Below, one piece after another: positions 37,001-49,000 of a DNA stretch of 64,000 bases. Under the pieces are notes generated by a model. It saw only the letters and a list, made by a program, of their open reading frames with translations. It made no database searches and was not told the origin of the DNA. Made by a program: the position numbers and the translations under genes. This DNA comes from Sphyrna mokarran (Eukaryota). Every line of letters begins with the position of its first letter. Position 1 is the stretch's first letter. The stretch covers positions 32,426,001 to 32,490,000 of the forward strand of contig JAGIQG010000003.1 of the NCBI GenBank assembly GCA_024679065.1, written 5' to 3'.

Positions 37001-40000
37001 AGGTGTCTGGATTGCATTGCCAGAGAGAGTGCTGTGGGCAGATACAATGGGGATGTTTAAGAGGCTTTTAAAGAAGCACAGGAATAGAGGGATATGAACC
37101 AAGGGCAGTCAGAAGGGATTAGTTTAAGTTGGTGTCATATTTGTCAAAGGGCATGTTCCTGTGCTGTACTAATCCACGCTCTATGTTCGTTGAAGCTTGA
37201 AATGTTTTATGATTTTTTTTCTGTAATTTACAGTCTAGGGGGAAGATTGCTAGCAGTATCCAGAAGTGGGCTTTGATCCTTTCAGTTCTGGGAGGTGTAC
37301 TGTATGCTGCTGCCATTTTGGCACATGAGAAAACTCCTGAGTTCATCCTGCAAGTTTTACCCTGGCTGCTTCTCTTTCTTGGTGGTGCAGCCCTAGATAT
37401 TTCTGTATCCTTTTCAAGTGTTTGATAGCTTTCCTTAAGACCCAGGAATATTAGAGAGAATACATTCTTAGAAATGGATATGTTACACATCTTTGGTCAG
37501 ACTCCATTTGGAATATTGTGAGCGGTTTTGGGTCCCATACTTAAGGAAAGATGTGCTGGCCTTGGAGGGAGTCCAGAGGAGCTTCACAAGAATTATCCCA
37601 AGAATGAAGAGTTTGTCATATTGGGAGCGGTTGAGTTATCTGGACCTGTACGCGATGGAGTTTAAAAGGATGATGGTGATCTAATTGAAACTTAAAGAAT
37701 ACTAAGAGGCCTAGATAAAATGGACATGGAGAGAAATGTCTCCACTAGTGAGAGAGATGAGAACTTGAGGCACAACCTTAGAGTGAAGTGAGGCTTTTTT
37801 AAAACTGAGATGAGGAGGAATTTCTTAAGCCAGAGACTGGTGAATCTGTGGAACTCATTGCCACAAAGAGTTGTGGAAGCCAGGCTGATGAGTGTCTTTG
37901 AGACAGAGATAGATAGTGTTTAGATCAATAAGGGGATCAAGGCTTATGGGAAGAAGGCAGAGGATGAGAATTACATCAGCCATGATTGAATGATTGAGCA
38001 GACTTAATGGGAGGAATGGCCTAATTCTGCTCCTGTATCTTGTGGTCTGATGATATTTTTAGTTTAACACAATAATATGATGTTTCAAATTAGCCAAAAT
38101 TATAAGTAATGTTATTCTTTCAACAATCTAAGTGCCATATTTTAATAATTTAATGAAACAGGATCATGTGTTTTTAAGTTTTGGTTTTTAGTTATAACTC
38201 TCAGTAGAAACAAATAATTGTGTGGCCATCTATTGCAACCTGAATCTTTTTGTTAATTTGGCAACCACACCTTGTCTATTTAATTTGGGCAATTGAAGAT
38301 GTGATGCTAATACATGAGTGGCAGTGCTTGGTATTCGGGTCGGGTCCAGGGAGTAGGGATTGGGTCACGGGGTTGGGGAGATCTAGTTGGATCAGGTTGT
38401 GGGACATAGTCCAGCTGGGTCAGGGTTCAGGGGGATGTCCAGTTGAGTCATGGGTGGGGGAGGTGGGTTTGAGCCCATAGGCGTGATGAGTGTGGATGTC
38501 CTCTGTGGCATTGGGGATGTGAGAGATGGATCTGGGTGTTTAAATAGATGTTAGACATGATGTGGAGATGCTGACGCTGGACTAGGGTAAACATAGTAAG
38601 AAGTCTCACGACAGCAGGTTAAAGTCCAACAGGTTTATTTGGTAGCACGAGCTTTCGGAGCACTGCTCCTTCGTCAGGTAACTGTGAGTTCTGAACTCCT
38701 GATGAAGGAGGAGCGTGTTTAAATAGACCCAGAAATTATAAGACATTTTATTTCAGAGTATTAACATAATCCTGATGGAACCATCTAAAATTAGTAATTT
38801 AACTTGCATTTTCCCAGTACAGCACAATTGCCGGGGGAAAATTATCACGTCTAGACAATTGCTGTTAAAATGCCTATCTGGGAAGGAGTGAAAGGGAACT
38901 CTCCAGCTCTCCAAATCCGACACTGGGAATGCTGGAAGTTACGGTCCTTTGTTTATTTTCAGATATAGTTTACATCATTTTTTATTTAAATAAATGAAAT
39001 GATACCCCTCCATATAATTGCCCCAGATTCTTCTGATTTTGTGGTTAGATCATATGTTTGAGAAATGTGTGGAACGATTGTTCTGACTTTGACCTTTGAC
39101 ACAATGCAACTTGGGAGTGTTTAGTGTATGAAGTACAAATGCAGCTCATGCTGATTGGAATGCAGAACCTGTTGCTGTCACTATAGTTTATACAGTACTC
39201 CTTCCTCCAGTCACCTACAAGGAAGCAAAATTGGAGACACCCTTAAAAACATTCTGAGTTTGTTTGGGCTTACCCACTTTCCAAAGCATGTAATATAACA
39301 AACCATATGTCTTAGCATCCACTGAAAAAAATCTCAACACATACAAGTAATTTCTTACAAAATGCTGGCTAGATATTTGTAAAGTATCTTTCTGAGATTT
39401 CCTCCCAGGGCCCGTTCCTAACACTAACTCTTCAGCATTGTGGAAGGGGTCATGTTTTGTCAAATGAAAATTCCCGATGGAATATTGATTGGTCAATTAA
39501 ACAGCAGCTGTGGCTTCCTCGGAATGGCGATGGCCGATGGATTGTCTCTCCGGAGGGATTTACCTTCACTGGAATGCCAAAGCCTCTGTGTTGCCTGATC
39601 TTGCTCACTCTGTCAGGGTGCGGCGAAGCGCATCCTGACTGCATCGGCATGGCGTAACTGAAGCGCAGTGAAGAAGAACATGTCCCTTTTCTATGGCATC
39701 AGTTGCCATGAAGAAGGTGCTTGAAGGGAATGTGAAAGGGAGAAGGGAGTTTCAAAGATAAATGGGAATAGGGATTCGGACATCAGATTAGGGGGTGGAT
39801 GGGGTCAGACCACAGGGTGAATGGGAGTTGGGAGGAGCCAAACCCAGTTGCAGAGTAGTGGGTGGGTGATTGAATCTTTCTATCTGTAACTCATTGTCCG
39901 CAAGAGGCCGTAGACGTTTCTGTTGGTTAGAAAGGGAAAAGTGGTATAGTCTGAGGGACACAACTGCGCATTAAGCATGGCTAACCAGGAATTTCTCCCC

Positions 40001-43000
40001 TTATTGCCTACCATGGACATATTGGAAAGATTAGCAGGTTGAATATCGACCTGTTGCATTCCTTCCGTGACCAACAAGACCTGAAGTAAGACTTGAACTC
40101 GGAGCTTCTGGTTCAGAGGCAAAAGCGCCACCTAGTGAGTCACAAGGCCTCCTGCAAACTGGTGAATAATAACTATGAAAAGCTATTTATACAAAAAATT
40201 CAAATGTCGCTTTCATTTAACTGCGTTCAACCAGATACTGTTTTTATCATGTATACTAAAAGATAAATCTACTCGCCAGCATTGGGGTCTGGAGATGGTA
40301 ATAGAATCAGATACTATCTCTCTGCTGGAATCTCCTGGACACGAGATGGAAGAAGAAGAAGTGCAAGGAGAAACACAGGTAATGTAAAAGTCAATAATAA
40401 AGAACATAATTGCTCCCATTCTATTGTGGGAGGCGATAGTCATGAAATAAAAACAGAAAATGCTGGAAAATCTTAGGTTTGACAGCATCTGTGGAGAGAG
40501 AATAGAGTCAATGTTTCAAGTCTTAATGACCCTTCATCAGAGCTGACGAAGGGTCACCCATGCTCAAAATGTTAGCTGTATTCTCTCTTCACAAACACTG
40601 TCAGACCTGTTGAGATTTTCCAGCATTTCCTGTTTTTGTTTCAGATTCCAGTGTTTGCAGTATTTTGTTTTTATCTTAGTCATAAAATGATCTGTGTTTA
40701 AGGTGCTGTGGAAATGTTATAGCACATTAATGGTGTGATACACTTACTTTAATACATCAAACTGAACTTCTGTTAATTATTCATTTATTACATAAAGATA
40801 CAAGACTGCGTGAAAAATCAGTTGCCAATTCCACATCAGTTTTACATCTAGTAATATTTCAATCCAGTTGATGGAAGTGGTGACTGCTGACTAAATTGTC
40901 ATGAAGTCACCTCCTTTGAGTAGTTGTCTATCACTTCGATTGAGCTCACAGAAGTTAGTTTGCTCCATTCTGAGCCAGGCCACTACGTGTGTAGGATGAA
41001 CCTGTTTTAGATCTAGAATTGTGCAAAATGCTGGAAATGTTAAGTTGTGAGGAGAACACAAAAAGGCAAAAGATGACAGATGGATTATAATGTGAGGAAT
41101 TGTGAGATTACTCGTTTTGGTAGCAAGAGTGGCAACACGGACTATTAAAAGGGTAAAAATTCAGAAAGACGTGGGTATATAACGAACACAAAGTTAGCAT
41201 GCAGATACAGCAAGGAATTGCGAAGGCAAAAAACATGTTGGCCTTTATTGTAGGAGGATTGGATTGCAAGAATAATGAAATCTTATTGTACAGGACTTGG
41301 ATGATGCAACATCTGGAATATTGTGCTGAATTTTAGTCTCAATATTGATGAAAGGAAAGTTCTATTGCAGTAAGAGTCCTTCCAAACAGTATCCTTTATT
41401 TGGGATGGACCTGGAGTTTGTTGTTATATGGGGCAGAAAGGAAAATAAAGCGGAGAACATATCCAGATAAGCCATGATCATAATGAATGGCGGAGCAGAC
41501 TCTAAGGGCCAAACGGCCTATTCCTGCTCCTATGTTCCTATTGTCAAGGCCTCCGTGCTCTATTGAAGTCCCTCTTTATTACAAAGATGCTCAGTAATAT
41601 CCAGAGTTCTTTGTTCACACCGTGGAGAGGTGCTTCCTCTTATTACGTCTTTACAGCAAACTGAGGATTGTTTCCAATGTCTCATACTGTGCTATTTCCA
41701 TAATCAGTTCACGGTTCTCTCAGGTTACACCAGCCTTCAAACTTACTCAATCAACATCCCCAATATTAATTTCTGTTGAATATCTGTTGCTTATTCTTAG
41801 AGCTGTTCAAAGACCAGCTGTCCAGTTCAACTGTTCTGTCCCCTTAAACTATTTTTGCCACAAAATGATTCACTTGGCTTACAAAGATATCTCCAGTTTC
41901 AGATAGTGGCTGATCTCATTCTAACCAACAGCTTTGTTATATAAGGTTAAAAGACAATTCTAACACAGTTTTATAATTTAATTGTTGATTAGATATTTAG
42001 ATTTTTTTAAAATATTATTGTGGAGGCGTCTTTTGGCTGTTCCCACTTTCTGGGTTATTTGCTTCCCTGAACCTGTTGCAATTATTATACAAAAATACTC
42101 ATTCCCCTTGTTTCTAGTGAAATAAGACTTGCAGCATCAACCTACTCCTCTTGTTCCAAATTAAATTTCATGTACATATTCTGCATATATTTCTAATTTC
42201 TCTAACACTATTTAAAAATGTACTCAGGAAAAATAAAAGAGTAAACTCCATCTGTGAAACAGTAACTATCCAGTCCCTGAATAGTGTGGTATACCAAATA
42301 AAATAAATCATTCATATATATTTGGTATAATTTAGGCATCCCTGGTTATAATGAGATTGATTTAATTTGGATTCAATGTTTGCTTTGATTTTTGTCCTAT
42401 AGCAAATCCATAGGAGTAGCTTTAGTGTTTCTAGATTTGGCTTGATACATGGACCAAGTGCAGAATGCCACTGGAATGTCAAATTAAATATATTTCTGTG
42501 GTTTTTAAGCACTCAGTGTATGCAACCCTGGTGGCACAATGGATTAGATAGTAAACTCACAAGCTTTTGACCTTTGGCCTTCGTCAGGTGAATGAGGTGT
42601 TTTGGTCTCCAATAGCACACATACCAGCACAGATTACTGATTAAAATGTGAATCTTTACACCTAACCTGCTATTCAAGCCTTAAAGTGGCTAACAATGTG
42701 AGTGGAAGGAGCACTGAGCACAGGTTAAAGAGGTGTGTATTGTCTCCAGAGAGCACAGTAAGTGAGGTTTTATGCTAACCCAGGCAAGTCATGGAGGTTA
42801 CAGATAATGTGACGTAAATAAATCAGTTGGATTTAAACGTGATGTTGTCAGACTTCTTACTGTGTTTACCCCAGTCCAACACCGGCATCTCCACATCACA
42901 GCACAATGGATAATAGCAGCAATTAACGGTTTGATAGTACCGCTTTGAAGCTGTCCTAGAAAAGTGGCCCCCATGTGGTGTTTATCAGGCAGGCGTGCAT

Positions 43001-46000
43001 AATTATAGATATCTTAATTCGTTATAGCTGACAAGTGTCAAGTAACTTTTGTGCCACACAAGTGCTAGGTAAAGACTGTCTCCGGCAAGAAAGAGTCTAA
43101 CCACCTCTCCTTGGCATTCAGTGGCATTGCCATTGATGAATTTCCTTAACATCTGGTAGGAGGGTGGAATTGACCAGAACTTTAACTGTATAAGGTAAAT
43201 AAAAATTATGGCTATAAGAACAGATCTGAGATTGGGTTTAGCACTGATGAACTTGCCTGATACTCCCTAAAGCTATTCCAAAAGATCTATAAAATTATGA
43301 GAGGCAAAGGCAGGATGGATAGTCAAAGACTTTTTCCCAGGGTGGAAGTGTCAAGTACAAGGGGACACAGGTTCAGGGTGAGAGACGTAAAGTTTTAGAG
43401 AGATGTGAGAAGGAAGTTTTTCGTGCGGAGAGTGATAGGTGCCTGGAACACAGTGCCAGAGGAGGTGATGGAAGCAAGGACGTTAGCAATGTTTAAGAGG
43501 CATCCAAATGGATACAAAACTAGGAAGGGAATAGAGGGATATGGACTGAATAAGGGCAGAAGGTTTTTGTTTAGTTAGGGTATCGTGATTGGCACAGAAT
43601 TAGAGGGCCGAAGGGTTCTGTTCCTTTGCTGTACTTTTCTTTGTTCTTTGTTTTACTATCTACAAAACATAAGTTAGAGGAGTGTGTTGGAATTTCTTCA
43701 GTTGCTTGGATGAGTACAACTGCAGCAACATGCAGGAAACTCATCCCTACCGAAAACAAAGTACCCTGTTTAATCAGCACCCCTTCTATCACTCCTCTAC
43801 GATTTGTGCATGTGACTGCAGTATGCACTGTCTATAAGATATATAGAGCAACTCATCAAGGTTGAACTTTCAAAATCCACAATCATTATCACCTAGGACA
43901 AGGGCAGCAGCCATGTGGGACTACCACCACTTACAAATCACACATTGTCTTCACGTGAAAATATATTGCTCCTTCATCAATATAAATAGATTTTCTATAA
44001 CTTTTAGGTATGATTTAACTTGTCCAATGATTATATTTCAGCAAGGTGATTGGTTGCAGTGGAATTAAACTATATTACTTATTGCTTTTTAGAGTTCGGA
44101 TTGGGTGCCCTTGAACATACCCCAGAACAACCGATATTTACGCAAGATGGTCGAAATAGGCCATTATATGGATTTAAGCATTGAACCAGTACAAGAGGTA
44201 AAACTATAAACTAACGCCAAAATGTAAACACCACTATTTCAGTTACTGACATCTATCAGCCAAGCGATTTGTTGTTTCCGATTGAGATTTCTTGTAACGA
44301 CATTGGCCCAGATTTTCAAGGACACGCAAGTCATTGTAATAGCAAATCGATGAAATTCGAATCCTTGAGCAGCTCAAAAGTAAGAAAAAGGTGAAAGGTA
44401 TCATCACTAATCCATATTATCCCGTGACTTTTGTATTGGTCTGCCATTATTCCATAATGAAAATAGTTGAAAGTTAATTTTCAGAACTGTAGACAATGGT
44501 AAGAGCGATTCTGCTTAAATCTTGCCATCTTTCTCACAGCTGTCACTTCAATTTAAAAATACTGGCACTGGTGGTTTGACAGTGGTGTGTTTGATAACTC
44601 CATTTTTTTAAATGATATGATTATACATGGTTCAATCTGTGGCTAGAGAAGGAGCTAAAGTCCATTTATTATTGTTACAAGTAGGCTTACATTAATACTG
44701 CAATGAAGTTACTGTGAAAATCCCCTAGTCGCCGCAGTGCAGTGCCTGTTCGAGTACACTGAGGGAGAATTTAGCATGACCAATGTACCTAACCAGAAAG
44801 TCCTTCAGACTTAGAAGGAAACTGGAGCACCCAGAGGAAACTCATGCAGACATGGGGAGAACATGTGGACTCCACACAGTGACCCAAGCTGGAATCAAAC
44901 CTGGGTCCCTGAAACTGTGAGGCAACAGTACTAACCACCGTGCTATTGTGTCACCCAAAATACCTCTGCTCAAATTTGTGAAGTATTCAAAATGAAAACA
45001 GGCTAACCCATTCTACTAAAGAGACCAGATTGTTGGGAGTAAGACTTTACATAAATACTAAATTTCAGATTCGGGTTAAGGAATAATTTTCAATTCTAAT
45101 GTACCGTCCTGTTAATATATTTGTGGGATCACTGGGGGCAAGTGGGGATGTTTACACTGGGTCTGAGTATTCCTTAAGATTATAAATGCAGAAAAATAAG
45201 GTAGAAATTAATTTGATGCATTGGACAAATAAATTTATAGTCTTCAGTTGCCAATCTCGCTGCTGCAGAAAAAACCTGGGCCAATCTTTTGTATTAGCCT
45301 TCTTTATAGTGTTTATAGCCTTGATTATGTTTGAAGAATTAAGTGTATTTATTCTGATTTTGAATAATCTTTAAAAAAGGAATTGTATGTAAATCTTGAA
45401 ATGTTAATGATTTTCGCGAGCTAGAATAAGTCAGTCCAGTATAGATAGCATTTTACCATCACATATCCTTATATTTCGTTAGTGAATATTGAATTGTGAA
45501 TATTAACAATCTGCTAAATTGTGTTAGCAAACTATCAAATAAGTTATGAAGCTAATGCTTAGAAATTTTGGTAATTAAATTGTTATAATTTCTGCAAATT
45601 CAACATGAAGTGAAGAATTTTCTGGCACTTACATATTCATAGAGCTATTATCAATAATGTTAAAGCAATGATGTTAATGTTAAAACAGGATATATCTTTC
45701 CAAGATTATCATACTCATTGGAAAAAGGAGTGAATTCTGTATCAGAGCTCAAAGTGAGATTAATCTTATTGACTATACTTTGCTTTGGAGTTAGTTTGGG
45801 TTCCTTGTTCTTTATCTGTACTCCTAGGTAATCTGGGTCCCATTACTCCCCCACCCTCTAATTCTGATCTGAATACTGCATTTGGCCTTGCAGTGGCACG
45901 GGAGACAGAATAGTGTTTGGTAATGTCCTTTCTTTGCGTCCTAGTAGCCAGATAGCTGCTTTTGAGCGTAAAGGATTCTGTTTTAGAATTCAGCAGCTGT

Positions 46001-49000
46001 GGGGGAATGAGTTTATCCATTCATGGGATCTGGGCATTGGTAGCTAGACAGTATTTATTGCCCTCAAGGACATGGTATTGAGCTGTCTTTTTGAAATGCT
46101 GCAGTCCATGTGGTGCACATACAACCACAGTGCTAATAGGGAGGGTGTTCCAAGATTTTGACCAAACGACAGTGAAGGAATGGGGCTAAATTTCCAAATT
46201 CGGATAGTGAAAGGCTTGGAGGGGATCTACTAGATAGTGGAGTTCCTATGCATCTGCTGCCCTTGTACTTCTCAATGGAAGCATTCATGGAGATTTAAAA
46301 TATATTATGGCCTATAATTAATTTATATAGTTCGTAGTGAAATAATCTTAAATAATATTGTTATTGGAATTTAATTTGGATAGAAGATTGCTGGTAAATC
46401 CCTAGACAAGGAAAAATTGTAACAGAAGGTTATATATGTCACTACTGCTGTATTGTTGAAATCATTGAAACTTGTGTTCAAAGTGTAAATGTGGACTCTA
46501 TAAATGAATAGCATATAATCAAGATAACACTGGGAATGGAACAAATTTTCGTTTATTTTTGTATAGTATAGCTACATGCTTTCTTTACTTTCTATTGTTT
46601 GGGAATTGTCTCAATCCCAATAATCTTTTATTAAGAATTATATTGTGTTGTTTTTGTTTTCAGAAATTGTTTTTATCTTATTTAATCAATTCAATTAATG
46701 GTTGATCATTGATATGAGTTTTGTAGCAGGTGTCAATGGAATTGGAATGCAACATATTCAAATAAATGACAAATGTCTTTGTTCATCTGTGTGTGGGTTT
46801 TGAAAATTATTTAGTAGAATTTGAATTATCTAAGATTGTTAAATGGATCTGTATCGTTATGAATAAGTGGTTCTATTAGCAGCTTTTAACCTGCGTGGAA
46901 TGCAGGAATTCCCTGCTAGCACTCCCAGTTCTACATGAATGTGGACTACTTGTTTTCATTGTCTTCACAATGGTCTTCAGCTGTGTATACTGTACCTGTT
47001 TGTAATTATAGATTGGAATTGGTGTTAAAAGATTACCTGGAGATGGACAGACTTGTACAGAGAGAGGAAAAAGAGTGGATACCCTGTTTGCCCACGACCC
47101 CCCAATGTACCCTCCAAAACAGGTTATCCATGCAAATGTGTCCTCGTGTAGCTCGTCAGATGCTACTTCAATAAACTCTGAACTAGAGGTAAGCTGCATG
47201 TGCATTCCCATTTTAAGGCCATTGGAGAAATAAATTCTACTTAATTGTCATCACTGATCTGTTAACATACGTATCTTTTTGTAGATGGAGTTTCCCACAG
47301 TCATGGTTCAGTTATTCGCCTTATCAAGTGCAGAAGGCAGTTTAATGCTGGAAGTCTCATTTGCTTCCACACACCCTTCCAATGTATTATTTTACTTTAT
47401 CAGTGAACTTAAAATTTCCTTGATTGTGAGAGATATTGGAAATGATATTTAAGTAGGATTTTATATTATTTGGCCTTAATAGCTAACTAGCATAACTTGC
47501 TACATAGCTTTGCATCAGCATGAAAATATAACCAACTATAGTGTCTATCTTGCTTCGACCTTGAAGCATCATGTTTAACTTTAATTCTAACTTTAATGTA
47601 ACTCCACTGTCATTTTATATTCTTTCTTGAACTATTAAGTCATTTTACTTTATCTTTAATTAACTTAGCTTTATATTTTCATGTTGCAATATTTGCCCAA
47701 TTTTCTAAGTAAACAAAAATAAAATGCAATAGTCTGAACTATAAATTGATTCGGATAAGCCTGCATCTAATTTGGAAAGGGTTTTTTGGATTTTTAAAAT
47801 TTTATTCTCATTTCCTGAATGTAATGCTTGGATGCAAATTTATTTAATAGTATAACACAAATATATTCAGTAATTTACACAGATATTTTAATTATTTAAT
47901 AATTCATATTAAAAATTAGTTGTGCAATTTGGATGAAATTGGCAATTGTGAATGAGACCAGTTTCTATCAACTTCAACTTCAAATAATGCTATTTTATTG
48001 TGACAGTAAGAATGCTTTTCCTGTTAAGGAATTAACTGAAGTAAAAACAGAACTGTTTTAATTTTCAGCACAGTGTAATAATTATGGCTGTATAACATTC
48101 TGAAAGAAAACACAGCGTTTGTTCTCCATTTCATCTTTGTGGATGTAATGTTTAATTTTTGATGGGTAGTGCCCATTATTAGGTATATCCTGTAGCATTA
48201 GCGGATCAAAGCAGTGTTGTTTGCCTACATGTGCTTGTCAGGCTAAATTCTCAGTTGCCCCATTGATGCAAAGGGTGGACTTGGAAAATCACACCTATGA
48301 TAAGACTCACTAGATCCAGACACCTTGAGTTTTCAATGGGATGGGGAACTGGAAATCTATGTCTCCTGTACAGATCTTTTGGAATCTGGGGAACAATAGG
48401 AATTTTCATAGAATCATAGAATCCCTACGATACAGAAAAAGGCCATTCGGCCCATCGAGTCTTTACTGACCACAATCCCACCCAGGTCCTATTCTCGTCA
48501 CCCCACTAATCCCCCTGACACTAGGCTGAATTTAGCAACGCGCACACCTTTGGAGTGTGGGAGGAAACCAGAGCACTCGGAGTAAACCCATGCAGACATA
48601 ATGAGAACGTGCAAACTCCACACAGTCACGTGAGGCCAGAATTGAACCCAGGTTCTTGGCACTGTGAGGCAGCAATGCTAACCACCTTGCCATCATGCCA
48701 CTAATTCAGTTGAAAAGCACAGTGACATATCAATGAGCCATTAGTGCTCATGACTGCAGCGTGAAAAAGTTGAATTAAAAATAGGAGATTTAAAATCTGT
48801 GGTTTATGTAGTGGCACCAAGTTGAAATTGCTGGTGCTGCGAGACTTATCTTTGTGAGAACCTGTGTTTGGACTCTTGAGAGACGTGAATGTCACTTAGC
48901 TAGGTAAAACAGGGCAAGAAGCCCAAGAGCAGCTTATTTGTGAGCTGCCCTTAGTAAAATTAAGAGGGAAGTTCCACAGTGTGCATGTTGCTGATTTTCT

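Larger units (their letters stand above)
37405..40234 (+). other. U12-type GT-AG intron of TMEM44
   Basis: 5' site GTATCCTTTT; branch-like TTCATTTAAC at 40212-40221, 13 nt before the exon; no polypyrimidine tract; in-frame join AALDIS|ILFLSC. Confidence 0.85.
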
